Counted from the whole stretch's first letter, positions 23,967 through 36,787 are shown. The stretch is DNA of 60,429 nucleotides, filler included, from Dimargaris cristalligena (GCA_003614675.1; 2 parts of 2 records of this genome joined end to end with filler, not necessarily neighbours in it), one strand, 5' to 3'. Notes: generated by a model not told the origin, from the sequence alone. A program made the numbers and translations.

Positions 23967-26149
23967 TTACTTTGACCGCTGCTTCTGTTTCTTAGCGATC
24001 CGCGACGAGCCTTCGAATCCCGGCCGCTGTTTCTTCTTGGGCGCCGTCTTCTTGACCTTTTTACCCATCCGACGGTCCTTGATGGCATCCACCCGGGACT
24101 GCAAATTCGCGTTACGCTTCTCCTGCCGTTTCTGGACCATATCCTCTACTTGCGCTTTCCGCTCGGTCCATTCCTTTTCGCTCTTCCGCTTCTGACGCTG
24201 CTCCCGCTTGACGCTCTTCTTCAGAAGGCCCACGTCGTCTGTTAATTTTTTGCCCTCGGCCAAATCGGTCAGGCGGGACCATTTCAAAGTTTCCTGGAGT
24301 TCGGCGTGTTTGGTGGGGTCACTCTCGGCGAGTTCGGCCAGCTTTTGCTGCTTTTGTTGGACTTGGCGCAGCTTCTGGGCCGTGCTCAGGCCGGCAGATT
24401 TGTGGCCCTTCTTGATGGCGGCTTCTTCTTCGGCCGTCATGCGGAAGGCCGCGGGTGTTTCGTCATCGTCCGGTGCCTTGAAGTCTAACGAACCAAACGA
24501 GACGTCCTCCTTCACAACGGACCGACTGGTATGCGACTTGGCTTTGGATTGGGAATTGGAATGGGTGGCGTTGGAGGAGGATGGGCCCGCGCCGCCCGGT
24601 TGGGTCGAGCCCATGTCCAATACTGACTGGTGGAGATTGGGCACATAGCCGGCCGAAGTCTTGTCCTTCTTGGCCTTCGCCTGCTCCAACTTCCTGCGCT
24701 TCTCCCGGTTGGCCTTGATCTCCTTGGCCGAGCGGCCGCTACCTTCCTCGTTGGTGGAGGTGCGGTTGGACCGGAGCAGGGCGATACGCTCCTGGAGACG
24801 GGCCCGTATATCGGACGCGTCGCTATTTTTAATGACCGGGCTGATATCAATTACTACATGGGAGTGGTACACGATCGAAAGACCCAACGGGTACAGTAGA
24901 TCAAAAAATAAGAAATGTAGTCCGAGAGAATGAGTTTCCGAGGGAGGAGCTGAATAAAGACCCTAAAAGGGGAGGTGATGGAGGGGGGTGGTACATTAGT
25001 TAGATCAGGGGAGATTTGCCCCGTGGTACGGGCGGCATACTTACATTCGGCAGACAGGTCAAACTTGGCTACTTTGTTAGAATGGCCATTGACTTGGCCA
25101 TCGGCGGTCGAGGCATTATTATCATCCTCCTCCTCCGCGGCATCCTCGGCCTTGGCGCGCTGTGCCCGTTCCTGTTGGATTTCGGTCACGCTGTGCTGGC
25201 TTTCCGGATCGAACTGGGGATTAGATAATACCATTTACATGTACGATATTTGGTAGGAGAGGAACACAGAAGATCTCAGGGTTAGACGTGGATCGCTAAG
25301 TAAATGATCACTTGCAGGAAATGATTGCTGAAATATTAACCGAGAGACACGGTGGCGGGAATATGAGGGGGGGTCCCCCAAATCCAAAGACTAAATATAG
25401 AGGGAGTGGTGGGTTGCCTACCTTGGCCTTCTTGGTCACTTTGTTTTGAAACCGGCCATCGGTTTTTTGGGGACGCTTCTTCAGGTGCTTCATATACCGG
25501 GAGTTCTGCGTTTTATACAATTCAGGGAGAACGGCAGGGAATGGTATGCGGTATATATGTATTGGGGCGGGTGTGGTACAAGGACTTGGTTAGTCATGGG
25601 TAGGTGCGTATGGATGCAACTCTTAAGATTTCGGACGTATGGTCCAAATATGGTCGAATGCAAGGGTAATAATGGGAAACGACACTTACCCCTTCGTCAA
25701 CGGAGGTCTCGACAAAGTAGTTTTGGGGCGGGATGAGATTGAGGATGGAGTTGAAGACGGTTTCGTGTTGTTTTAGCCGGTCCTGTATATATATATATAT
25801 ATATATATTTGTATTGGGGATGTCAATGATGATGGGGTCCGGGGGATAGAAGGGATATGGTTAGTAACGTACACCAAGCAAGGCAGTTTAGCTAGTTACT
25901 ATACACACCCATTCCCCCTTTCGTGTGGCCTATTGGGATATATGCAAAAATGCTATAGCGAAAGGAGGACACACACGCCTCACTTGGGTCGCAGGGGGTT
26001 GGGGAGTATTTCTTTTCTGCAGTGCGAATAAGTCAGCTCCACCATAATAGTTTTGGTTAGTTAGGGTTAGTCACGGCCTCGTGGCGAAGGGGTATAAAAC
26101 GGTACCGTATACTTACCACCAGCTCATGGGGGTTCGCAAGGACGGTCAT
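23967..26149 (-). CDS. RRP14: Ribosome biogenesis protein Rrp14/SURF6; exons 26149-26117, 25782-25690, 25505-25422, 25213-25045, 24853-23967
   Basis: N-terminal DRLKQHETVFNSILNLIPPQNYF...KKAKFDPES and C-terminal SURF6 domain EGKKLTDDVGLLKKSVKRE..KRKSEKEWTER..RPGFEG. Confidence 0.9.
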
Positions 26150-27683
26150 GGTGAAGAGAGTTGGGACTGGGGGGTTATTAAGAGGATACCAAGGGGGTAT
26201 TAGATACTACCGGCTGTGGGTCTAGCGCTGAGAGAACTTGAATTCGAGAGGAAAACGGACGGAGAAGTCGACGGGCTGGGAGAATCCAGAGAATGACGTA
26301 GGTCCAAAACGAGGACAAGGGTCGGCAATGGAGAAGCAAAGCCGGGCTTGAGTGGGGGAATCAAGTAAAAGGGATTAGTCGAACACGAAAGACCTCGAAG
26401 GGAAGAGCTAGAGTGTTAGTAATAGTTAGCTGTTCTTTTTTTGGCGTGGTGGTGGGCATACTATAGACAACGATTATTTGGCTGTACTATTATATAATAC
26501 GATTCGGCATTTCTCGCTTATATTTCCCCCTTTCTGAGAAAAAAAAAGAAAAGTAATAGTAGTGGTGGTTATTTTATATATAGGCCAGGCAGAGGGAAAA
26601 AAACACAGAGCCTAGGTTGGATGATGTGTTTACTGTTCACGTGATACATTCAAATCTCCCACTCAGCCTGTTAAATATAATATACCTTATTGTTCCCTTC
26701 CTTCCCACAATTGACCGCTCCGTAGCTATGGTGCTAGTTAAGCCCGCCATATCCCGTCCCTGCTGTGGTTCCCTATCTTACAAAATACGATTCTCCACTT
26801 ACCAGATTGGTGCGCTTCACAATTTCACTGCAGTTCAATCAAAATAGGTGAATCCAGAGTAATCCACTTCCCGTGGTCCTTAATACCGGTTAGGTTGGGG
26901 GGCGCTCTTTCATCCGAAAAAGTGTCCCCAAGCCCTAGTCGGCTTCGCTGGACCACGACATGTCTTCAAATCGTCCTAATTAAGCAAAAAATCGGAAGTA
27001 TAGAGCAACAGTCATATTAATATTCATATTCGTTGACTCCCGCCAGTATCTACGGAAGTCTCCTCCATTTCCTATAGAAACCAGTCGCCCGTTGAGCTCT
27101 ACTAGTATTTATTTGAAGAACAGACCATAGGCCCTCTCTGATCGAAGGTATTAAACCTTTGGGAGGATTAATTAACCTAAGAGATACATTAAGGAAGGAG
27201 TGCTTAGACCCTCTAGAATTCATCAACCGGGCTGCTCCTCAGGCAATACTGCTATAATCCCCGTGATAAATACCAATCCCGTTGATCTAATGGATTAAAC
27301 CGATAATTCAAGCCGAATCTGGTTATTGAAGCTGCCCCGTATTCGGAAATGAACTGCCCCTTCCTTACTAGTGGAGCCGGGGTCATAGGGGGGACTATCG
27401 GGCAGCCGACCGTAACAGATGATGCTCCGATTAGCTAGAACAAGGAACAAAGGGACACGTCAAATACGGGAAGGGGCATCAATGGTTGGCTGGTCAAATT
27501 AATGCCACACCACCACCATGGGTAAAAGAGGACCGGACAGCTCCCCTCAGCGTTAGAGATTCCGCCCCCGCGTTTCCTTCTCCTCCTTATGAAGTCCGCT
27601 CTCATATAAGGCCATCTTGGGCCCGTCCGTCCACTCTCATTCATTCTATTTAACCCTGATCACTGCTGCTCCGCTCCGTCACC

Positions 27684-29777
27684 ATGGCCACTGTCCCGGC
27701 GCGGTCCCCTGCCGCCGTCCCCTCATCCTCCGCTTTCCCCCACCCCCGAGCCCTACTCCTACTAATCACATGTACCCTTGGCCTCAGCCTCATTTATATG
27801 CTCCGCTCAGGACCCGCCCCAGCACCCCACCACTCGAATATTTCCAATCCCTGGCAGGGCCTGGACTCCATCGTCGTAGAGACCGATTGGTCCCGCCACC
27901 GCGATTTCACCGTCGTTATTGACGCCGGTAGTTCCGGCTCCCGGGTTCTTGTCTACTCGTGGATCAGCACCGACCAGGTCCGCCAAACCACCCCCGATGC
28001 CCACATGCTCAGTGGACTGCCCATCATCGAAAAGGGCGACGAAGAAGGCGAGCAATGGCAATTCAAGGAAGCCCCCGGCATCTCCTCCTACGCCGCCCAC
28101 CCCCACCGCCTGGCCGACCACATTCAGCCTTTATTGACCGCCGCCCTCCGCGTGGTTCCGTCGAGCAAGGTCGCCCAGACCCCCATCTACCTGTTCGCCA
28201 CCGCGGGCATGCGCCTGCTGCCGCCTAAACAGCAGGGAATGCTGCTGGACCGGGCGTGCCAGTACACCAAGGCCCACGCTAAATTCTACATCGCCGCATG
28301 TTCCCGCCATTTCCAGGTCATCCCCGGCGCCGCGGAGGGAATCTACGGCTGGATGGCCGTGAATTACCAGCTGAATGGGTTCGCCAAAACCGGTGACCGC
28401 CGCTTATACGACCGTCCGTCCGAGGCCGAACTCGCTCAGCCCCCCACCGCCTCCGGCCATAAGCATACTTTCGGCTTTCTGGATATGGGCGGGGCCAGCA
28501 CCCAAATCGCCTTCGAGCCCACTCCGGCAATGGCCCGGGAACACGCCGACGATTTAACCATGCTCACCCTGCGTAACCTAGATGGCCACGACGTCACCTA
28601 TAAAGTATTCACCACCACCTTCCTGGGATTCGGTTCGAACCAGGCCCGCATTCGGCACGAACAGGAAATGCTGAATGCCTGGCATTACGCCGGTGGTTCA
28701 GGGGCGACGGACCAGCCTCCCCGCGTCGTCACCGAAGAGATACATAATCCGTACCCCGCCGCTAAAAGCGTCCAAACCATCACCCTCGAAGACCCTTGTT
28801 TGCACCCGGGACTTAGTCTGCCGGTGCACCCGGAATTGGTCCACGATTCCGCGCATCGGTCGGTTATCCTAAAGGGCCAGGGGTCGTTCGCCGACTGCGC
28901 CCGGCGGGCGGTCAACCTGCTCAATAAGGCCCTGCCCTGCCCAACGGACCCCTGCTTGTTCAACGGAGTGCACAGCCCGGCCATCGATTTCGATCTCCAG
29001 CAGTTTGTGGGCATCTCCGAATACTGGTACTCTTCCCAGGACATCTTTCAGCTCGGCGGAGTATGGGATTTCACCACGTTTGAACGCCGGGCCTCGCAGT
29101 TTTGCTCCACGCCGTGGGACCAGATCCAGCGGGAATTCGGGGCCAAACACACCGCGGAACGACTCCAAATGCAATGTTTCAAGGCCGCTTGGTTAGCCAC
29201 TGTTCTGCACGACGGCGTCGGATTACCCCGCACTACTCCTAGCCCCACCCCAGCACCGCCGGGCCAGGCCGAATTCAACGTCACGGAGGAATTGGCTCAT
29301 ATCCAGCAGGAAGGTCGGGCCCACGGCATCAACGTACCCTTCCAGTCCGTCAACACCGTTAATGACTTTGAAGTATCCTGGACTCTGGGGGCCGCCCTTA
29401 TTCACGCTGTCTCCCGCATTCCGGCCCGGTCCCCCGGTTCTACGGATCCCACCCTCCACCCCCCGGAGCTTTGGTCCAACCTGACGGTAGGCATCGTCTT
29501 CCCGAACCACGCCCATTGGCACCAACACGAAGCGGCGGCTGATGCCGGATTGGGCCCTTTGGCCTCCACCCCTTGGTTGTCACACGGAGGTCACTCACCC
29601 CTCTCCGGTGGGGGTAGTTCAGCGCATGGGATGCTGCGGGGTATGTTTAGTACCCCTGGTTGGGCGATCATTAGTTTTGTGCTCATCATGGGCTTGGTGG
29701 GCGGCTTGGCCCTACTTGTCAAACATATCTCCCAAAATCCCTACATTCGGCGTCGTTGGTCCAAAAAACGGCTTTGA
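27684..29777 (+). CDS. YND1: GDA1/CD39-family apyrase (Ynd1-like), intronless, 697 aa
   Basis: Apyrase conserved regions VIDAGSSGSR, ATAGMRLL, EGIYGW, DMGGASTQ and VSWTLG, with N- and C-terminal TM helices. Confidence 0.9.
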   Translation: MATVPARSPAAVPSSSAFPHPRALLLLITCTLGLSLIYMLRSGPAPAPHHSNISNPWQGLDSIVVETDWSRHRDFTVVIDAGSSGSRVLVYSWISTDQVRQTTPDAHMLSGLPIIEKGDEEGEQWQFKEAPGISSYAAHPHRLADHIQPLLTAALRVVPSSKVAQTPIYLFATAGMRLLPPKQQGMLLDRACQYTKAHAKFYIAACSRHFQVIPGAAEGIYGWMAVNYQLNGFAKTGDRRLYDRPSEAELAQPPTASGHKHTFGFLDMGGASTQIAFEPTPAMAREHADDLTMLTLRNLDGHDVTYKVFTTTFLGFGSNQARIRHEQEMLNAWHYAGGSGATDQPPRVVTEEIHNPYPAAKSVQTITLEDPCLHPGLSLPVHPELVHDSAHRSVILKGQGSFADCARRAVNLLNKALPCPTDPCLFNGVHSPAIDFDLQQFVGISEYWYSSQDIFQLGGVWDFTTFERRASQFCSTPWDQIQREFGAKHTAERLQMQCFKAAWLATVLHDGVGLPRTTPSPTPAPPGQAEFNVTEELAHIQQEGRAHGINVPFQSVNTVNDFEVSWTLGAALIHAVSRIPARSPGSTDPTLHPPELWSNLTVGIVFPNHAHWHQHEAAADAGLGPLASTPWLSHGGHSPLSGGGSSAHGMLRGMFSTPGWAIISFVLIMGLVGGLALLVKHISQNPYIRRRWSKKRL

Positions 29778-30087
29778 TAAGGAAGAACACTATATATATA
29801 TAACTATCAAAAGACCGCCATCTAATAAATTGTGGTCATTTATTACATCGTTTTATCCGATTTAATTTTTTATATATCTTTTATATTCATTTACTCTCGT
29901 CAAAAATATGAAAAATCAACGTCGGCCTATATATATATATATTTACGCCATCTTATTCTATAGTTTTTTTTAGCACATTCTACCCTGTACATCAATTTTA
30001 TCACCACCTCAAAAATAGTACTGTTCATACGGAGCCAAGACTGAAGTTAAAGAGACAGAGGAATGCTCCTAATATGCCGTGTAGATG

Positions 30088-30188
30088 TTGGAAAACTAAG
30101 GACTTAAAGGAAATAAAACTGGAAAGGGAAGAAAGCAGCTAGAGGACGGTAGGTGCCTCTAGGTGGTTAGTTTTATTGAACTGTAATT
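30088..30188. repeat. Dispersed palindromic repeat, copy 2 (truncated by assembly gap)
   Basis: Closely matches 2216-2319 and ends exactly at the N-run. Confidence 0.8.
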
Positions 30189-30288
30189 NNNNNNNNNNNN
30201 NNNNNNNNNNNNNNNNNNNNNNNNNNNNNNNNTTAATTAATTAANNNNNNNNNNNNNNNNNNNNNNNNNNNNNNNNNNNNNNNNNNNN
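30189..30288. other. Assembly gap or artificial contig spacer (N44-TTAATTAATTAA-N44)
   Basis: Exactly 100 nt, with a central linker that has stop codons in all six frames. Confidence 0.97.
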
Positions 30289-30479
30289 TGGCAATGGAGC
30301 GTATCCGGCGATGCTTCGACCGACTCCGGTCCGTAGGTGTTCGACCTGATCAGGTGGCGATTGGGTGTCAGGATATCGCGGTGGGTGACTCGATGAAAAT
30401 CCTGACCCTCTTGACCCTTATTCGCGACCGGTTCCCCAATTCGGTCCCTGGGACTATTTTTGGGTCAAGCGTAGTTTGA
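30289..30479 (+). CDS. 3' end of a gene truncated by the gap; C-terminal half of a calponin-homology-like domain
   Basis: The frame is open from the gap edge. MERIRRCFDRLRSVGV..VAIGCQDIAVGDSMKILTLLTLIRDRF fits the CH-domain C-terminal pattern (..af..l...Gv......DI..Gd.k.iL.ll..i...f). Confidence 0.5.
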
Positions 30480-31579
30480 CCTGGTCTCTGCAGGCACGGG
30501 ACTCGTTGAGTGAGTGTATGAGGGGGGGGAGGGAAGAGTGGTATTACCCCGCTGGCCTTTTGACTCGAATCGCCGAGGTTGCCTGCTGATTCGACTGTGT
30601 ATTTCTCCGTGGATTAATCAAGAAACCATGTGGGCCACTTGGTAATTTTTTTGGGTGGTCTCATGGCCGATTCCGATTAATCTTTTTAGTATACCTTTTT
30701 AGTAATTTTCTATTTTATTAGTATTTATACATAATTATTCTATTGTTTTGCCTACCAACTCTATAATATACACCCCTTGGACTTGACCATCCTTTTCATA
30801 CTTTGCATTAAATGGCTGGACACTGTATTTTTTGCGGATGCCCATCTTTATTACTATTTCCCCTACAGCCCTTTTATGCGCGTTTCCCCTTGGTGTACTC
30901 GCACCCTATTCATATCCACGCTCAGTCCTGCGTGGCTTATATTGTTCGATTTATTACCCAATTCCAGTCCGTGTCTTTCAGCTGTTTCCTATACAATTAA
31001 ATCCAACTATTAATATACACCTACAGTCTGGTACTGAGAAGCCAATAATTACATGGCCGTCAACCTCAGGAATGGTAACAACAAGTCGGCAATGGCCAGG
31101 GGAAGGCAGGATGAAATCGATAGTTGGATGCACCTGGCCTATTATGGCCATGAATAACCCTAAAAGGGAGGTGAGTATGTTATTAACCCATTGTTGGTGG
31201 TCTACTACTGCTATTTGTTAATCGGCCAGGGTCCCCACTGTTTACTGTGCCACGACTGCCTCCAGTGATGTGTGATAGTGATGAAGAAGGGAATGCTCCA
31301 ATAGCACTGATTTATTGGAGGGTCTAAAATTATACTAAACTACGCGGAGGGGATAGGGGTCGGCCTATTAGAAATACCGCCGGATTGAGGGATTAAACGA
31401 AATAATAGTCACCTGGGTGGAACAAAAGGGGGAATGGAATGGGGCACTAAAGGGGGCGTATGGGGGTGAGAGAGTGAGGGAGGGGATATACAATATACAT
31501 GGACTAGACACAAGGAAGGGGAGTGCTTATTTGCAAAGAGAAGTGGTTGGTGGGTGGTATAGGAATGCATCGACTAAGT

Positions 31580-31984
31580 TTAGACGACAGCGGGAGAAGC
31601 TCCACCTCGGGTAATGGAGGTTCCGAAAGGCCACAGGGCCACCTTGGCCAGTTTCCAACACTGCTTCGCCCAAGGTAGACCCACGATGGTGACGGCAAAC
31701 AGCAGCATCAGGCCCAGATGGATGAGGCAGAGGTGCCAACCCAATAGGACAAGCCAAATGACGTTGAACACGGTGGACAGACAACCGGCCGAGCGAAGGT
31801 TCCAGTCGATACTTTTGCCAAAGGGCCAGAGGGCGACGAGGGAAAGCTTAAAGCATTCCATGCCGAATGGAATACCGATGATGGTGATGCAGAAGAGACA
31901 GCCGCCCAGGGCATAGTACAGGAAGTAGATCCATCCGCCGAGGATGACCCAGATGATGTTACCAAAGAGGCTGCACGCTCCCAT
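31580..31984 (-). CDS. Stand-alone YccF/DUF307 inner-membrane-component protein, 134 aa, intronless
   Basis: Two internal repeats: GNIIWVILGGW...ITIIGIPFGMECFKLSLVALWPFG and FNVIWLVLLGW...VTIVGLPWAKQCWKLAKVALWPFG, the hallmark of the YccF domain. A TATA-like TATAAAA on the minus strand lies near 32139. Confidence 0.88.
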   Translation of the reverse strand: MGACSLFGNIIWVILGGWIYFLYYALGGCLFCITIIGIPFGMECFKLSLVALWPFGKSIDWNLRSAGCLSTVFNVIWLVLLGWHLCLIHLGLMLLFAVTIVGLPWAKQCWKLAKVALWPFGTSITRGGASPAVV

Positions 31985-33341
31985 GTTTGCGGGTGGTGGT
32001 GGTGTTGTAGCTGTGCGAGAGAAGGGATTGGGAGAATAAACAAGCGGGTTCGTTTGTAGTTGTGGAAACGCTAAACCAAAGGTGGGGAAACAAGAGAGAT
32101 CGTTAGGGTCAGTTAGGGTTCCGCCCGGCTGGTTTTATAGGGCCGAAAGGCATCGTGATCGGGTGACGTCGCTGCAGAGTCACTCTCGCAAGATAAATTG
32201 ACCAGGGAAATGCATTCCCCCACGTCATGCAGTAATCAAAGTTGGGTGGTGGGAGTGTGATGTATGGGATGGGAAACCAATTCCCCCGCACTCTCTCCCA
32301 CTTACACTCGGCAGATTCCTGATCCAGCACAACAATAGCATATAGCCATGACGTGGGTGTGTCATCAGTCCCAACTGCCAATGACCCCTTTTAATACCCC
32401 CGTCATTGCAGGGCAAACTTGGCTTGGCATGGCCGATGATTATCCCGACCACTCCCCTAACCCGTGACATCAAGCGTGTTTAATATACAAATGGAAAGTA
32501 AAGGAAGGTTTTAATAGCTGGTCTACCCATTGGTGAGGAGAGGCTCTCCTTCCCTACTTGGACTCGACAACACTTCCCCCTCTGTTAAATAACACAATAA
32601 CCCCTCCTCCGGCTTACAGCAGCACCCTTTTAAAATCCGCAAACTTACCTCCCTATTCTACGACGCGGTGGAGTGGAGTGGACTGGGGACCTATAGATGT
32701 GGATGACAACCCCTTACCTACCTACCCCTTTCCTAACCAAGGCCACCCTACCTGGGGTTGATGCCAACTAGTCCATCTGCATCTGCACCTCTCCGCAACA
32801 TGGCCCAAGGGATTGATAATGGAAGGGATTATTCGCCAAGGCCATAAAAGAGAATTCTGCAACTGTCCTAGTCGGCCTTGGCCTTAACATTGAGGGAATA
32901 TGTAGACGGCTTATACGCACGCGCTCTGGATACCCCACTTCCACATATCCATACACAAACAAAGCTACTTAAACGACATTGACACGGAGTTTTAATGTAA
33001 TATCAATCAACTAACGAGCCAAACGACCCGTGGTGAGAATGGGTGGGTGAATGAATAGCCGGAAGCAGAGGCAAAAAAAGGGGACTACCGCACCAGCGGT
33101 GGGGGAAATTCACCCACTCACGTCAGACTGGCCGCCACAAGGGTGGTGTTGGAAGACGAATGGTAAACGAAGGTGTGTGAAATAATAAAGGTCGAAAAAC
33201 AACAAAAAAAAATAAAGACGAAAGGAACACAAGCGGGGTGGGGTGTGTGTGGGAGGGGGGGGGGAAGTGTAGGGTGAAAATGGGAAGAAATATAAGGGCC
33301 ATTCAGGCCAAGTAAACACAGCCTCATAGAAGGGAGTATAT

Positions 33342-34600
33342 TTAGGCCTTATCAGCGGGGGCGGCTTCGGTCGACTCGGGGGCGGCCTCAGGAGCGGCCG
33401 GGGCATCGTCCTGTTCTTCCGAGGGCTTGTCGGCGGCATCCTGCATATCCGAAGTCCAGAGAGTCAGGTTATCGCGGAGCAGCTGCATGATGAGGGTAGA
33501 GTCTTTGTAGGATTCTTCGCTCAGGGTATCGAGCTCAGCAATAGCATCGTCAAAGGACTGCTTGGCCAGATGGCAGGCGCGGTCTGGGGAGTTCAGGATC
33601 TCGTAGTAGAAGACGGAGAAGTTAAGGGCCAGGCCCAGGCGGATGGGGTGGGTGGGGGCCAGCTCAGTGACGGCGATCTCAGTGGCAGCGGTATAGGCGG
33701 CCAGGGACTTCTCGGAGGCGTCCTTGCGCACATCACCGGACGAGAACTCAGCCAGGTAGCGGTAATAGTCACCCTTCATCTTGTGGTAGAAGACCTTGGA
33801 TTCGCCGGAGGCGGCCTGGGGGATCAGGTATTTGTCGAGCACATCCAGAATATCGCTGCAGATTTCCGACAGCTCGGTTTCAATCTTCTGGCGGTAGACC
33901 TGGATCTTGGCGACCTGGGCTTCGTTGCCCTTGCTCTCCTCCTTCTGCTCAATGGAGGAAACGATGCGCCACGAGGCACGGCGAGCACCAATGACGTTCT
34001 TGTAGGCGACAGACAGCAGGTTACGCTCCTCGACCGAGAGTTCGGCGTTCTCAGCAGCGACCTTCTTCATGTTTTCGACCATTTCTAATAATAGTGGACG
34101 TCGGGGTATGCATCATCACGTGAGAAGCAGAGAAGGTTAGAAGAGGGATATTAAGGGGAGGGTGGTCGGATGATGATGGGAAATGTGATAGCACGGGTTG
34201 GGAAGGCACGACGACTCTCATCTCGACCAGCCAGCAGTAGGAGTAGTAATCTGAGGGACTCGACCAAAGGGATGGGAGCACTGGGGGTCCTCAGGAGGAG
34301 TGGAGGGGGGGCGGTAGTGGTAAACGCGGTCGTCTAAGCCCGCTCTTGCCCGCGGATGAGGAAGATGAGGGCGAGTGGAGAAGCCGTAGAGACGACCCTC
34401 CCCCCAATAAAGAGGCTAGGGAGGGTCACGGTGGCTGGAGTGGGCTGCGGCGTGGAAGTACCTCTCGCCTTTATGCTAAAGCAGGTAGGTAGACAAGAGG
34501 TATGGAGAAAAAGAGGAGCAGATGAGCTAAACTTACCGTCGTAACGCTCGGCCTGCTCGGCGAGCTTGGCCATGTAGACGGCTTCGGCACGGGGTTCCAT
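33342..34600 (-). CDS. BMH1: 14-3-3 protein (Bmh1/Rad24 homolog); exons 34600-34537 and 34084-33342
   Basis: [58 protein letters not shown] and [19 protein letters not shown]. Confidence 0.97.
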
Positions 34601-35621
34601 AGTGTGAGTAGGTATGGGGGAGATGATGGGAAAGAATCAGGTGGGATAAGTGTGAGCCGGAGACGGGAAGGCGGCAGAAACTAAGAAGGACAAATAATAG
34701 AAATAGATAGATGGAGAGAGAGAAAAGACACGAAGGGTGGTCCAGGAACGGAGGAACAAACGAGGTTTAAGAAGGGGGGGAAAGGGGAACCCAATAGCAG
34801 CTTAGGGGGGGTTTAACAGGGCGCGCGGTTGGTGTATGCTGTATGCGCCCTCCTCCCCCTCCCCCTCTCTCACACACACGCACACAGAGAGCAGCAAGCA
34901 ACTCTGTGACCAGGGCAGGGCGGGGCAATGATGGAGAGCGATAGTAAGTGGTATACCACCACCACCTTCCCTTCCACACCACCATATACACAGGGTGATT
35001 AGCACCACCAATGCAAGGCGGGGGGTGTATGGCGTAGCGACTGTGATTAAATGGCCCATCTTCTCACATTGGGGCAAGTCACGGGGACAGGCTTAAAATT
35101 TTTTTTTGGACCAACCCCCTTCATCATGGGGTCGGGTGGGGGAAAGATCTTCCTACTTCTTCTGTCCTGCGCCCAAGCAGAGAAGCGTAGTGCTGCTCGC
35201 TTGATTTGTAGGCATTTGTAGGGCAGGGAGAGGGGAATGGGGGTAGTGTGGCCACATCACCCTCTGTATTATTCGTGGGTGGGCTGGCCGAAGAATAGAT
35301 GCTATTAGGGTAATACAATAAGTAATGTAGATAGATAAATGCGTAATATTGCCCTGTTAATGAAATTAATTCGGCCCGCTAAAACCACCCACCCCTCCCC
35401 CTCCTGACAAACTGCAAATGAAGCTTATACTAACTACCACAGCCAACAGCGACGACTCTCTCTATACCTACCGAAAGTGAGCGGGCAGCATATACCACAA
35501 CACCCCTCGAACCTGAAGCAGCGGACTCGGCGCGCCAACTCAAACTACCGACCGCCCCTCCACTTCCAGCCCTTTGCTTTACTTTACTTTCCCCTCCCCA
35601 TTCTCCCTCATCCTCAGCGCC

Positions 35622-36787
35622 ATGCCGTCGCCCATTGAACAATGGTACCGCGAGGTGCCGCCTATCTCCCGCATTTACCTGACTGCCCTCATCGCCGTGA
35701 CTCTAGCCGCCGTAAGTCCTCGTCACCATCCCGCTAGAGCCGCCCAGTTGCCAATGGCCTCGACTAATCCCCACTTACTTACTTACCTACCCACCCACTC
35801 ACTTTTCTGCTCTACCCAACAGCACATTGGCAGCGTGACAATGTTCCAGCTTTACTACGACTTTGAACTGACGTTTTTCCGGGGCCAGGTAAGTCGGCAC
35901 TACCTTAACTTATTAACCGAGGTAATCGGGCGATATCTTGAGCCGTGCTACACACGGAGCTGGCACCTGCCTTTCTTCCAAGTCTAATCCCAAGGCCCAT
36001 TCAACTTCTTATGCTATATCCCCGACCAGCTTTGGCGCCTATTCACCACGTTTCTCTACTTTGGGCCCTTCTCGTTCAACTGGGCCTTCCATACCTATTT
36101 CATGTAAGCAGCATATCCTTCCAAGCTTCTCCACCGGGACTGGTACACGTATACCGCTCTCCCTCTCTCTCTCTCTCTCTCTCTTCTAAACCCCCGCCAC
36201 AAACTCCGATCATCCTGACACTCCACAGGGTCCAGTACATGCGCGACTTGGAGGAGGGCTCGTTCCGGAACCGCTCGGCCGACTTCCTGTGGTTCCTCGT
36301 ACTATCCGGCGTCCTATTACTGGCCTGCTCTGCCGTATTCACCACCCCCTTCCAAGCTCCCGCCCTCTCGTTTGTCATTATTTACGTATGGGCCCAGCGC
36401 AATCCCCACGTTCTGTTAAACCTACTGGGTCTGTTTACCTTCCGAGCCCCCTACTTTCCCTTTGTCATGATCGGCATTTCGTATCTCTTCAACAACCAAT
36501 TCCCGGTCCAGAGTCTCCTGGGCCTGGCCGTGGGCCACCTGTATTATTTCTTGGAGGACGTATGGCCCCACAACCCCGCCAGTGGCCAGCGCCGGTGGCT
36601 GAGCACCCCCCCGGTGTTTGAGCGGCTCGTATCCGCTCTGCTCCACGGCCCCCGGCCCCTTCCCATCGACGAGGCCCCGCTTCATGAATCAGGCGAAGCG
36701 GTTCCCTCGCCACCAGCTCCCGCGGCAGCAGGTCTGCGCCAGCGCCCAGGGAACCTCGTCGCTGACCTTGTGTCCGACTCCGATTAA
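35622..36787 (+). CDS. DER1: Derlin (ERAD rhomboid-like); exons 35622-35711, 35823-35888, 36030-36103, 36229-36787
   Basis: The spliced protein has VPPISR, GQLWRLFTTFLYFG, LEEGSFRNRSADF and GLAVGHLYYFLEDVWP. Confidence 0.93.

Noticed and set aside
30233-30244. TTAATTAATTAA palindrome
   Set aside because: It is an artificial all-frame-stop spacer inside the N gap.
33342-34600. Functional clustering of 14-3-3 with its known client neutral trehalase
   Set aside because: The genes are 23 kb apart and on opposite sides of the spacer, so linkage is unproven.
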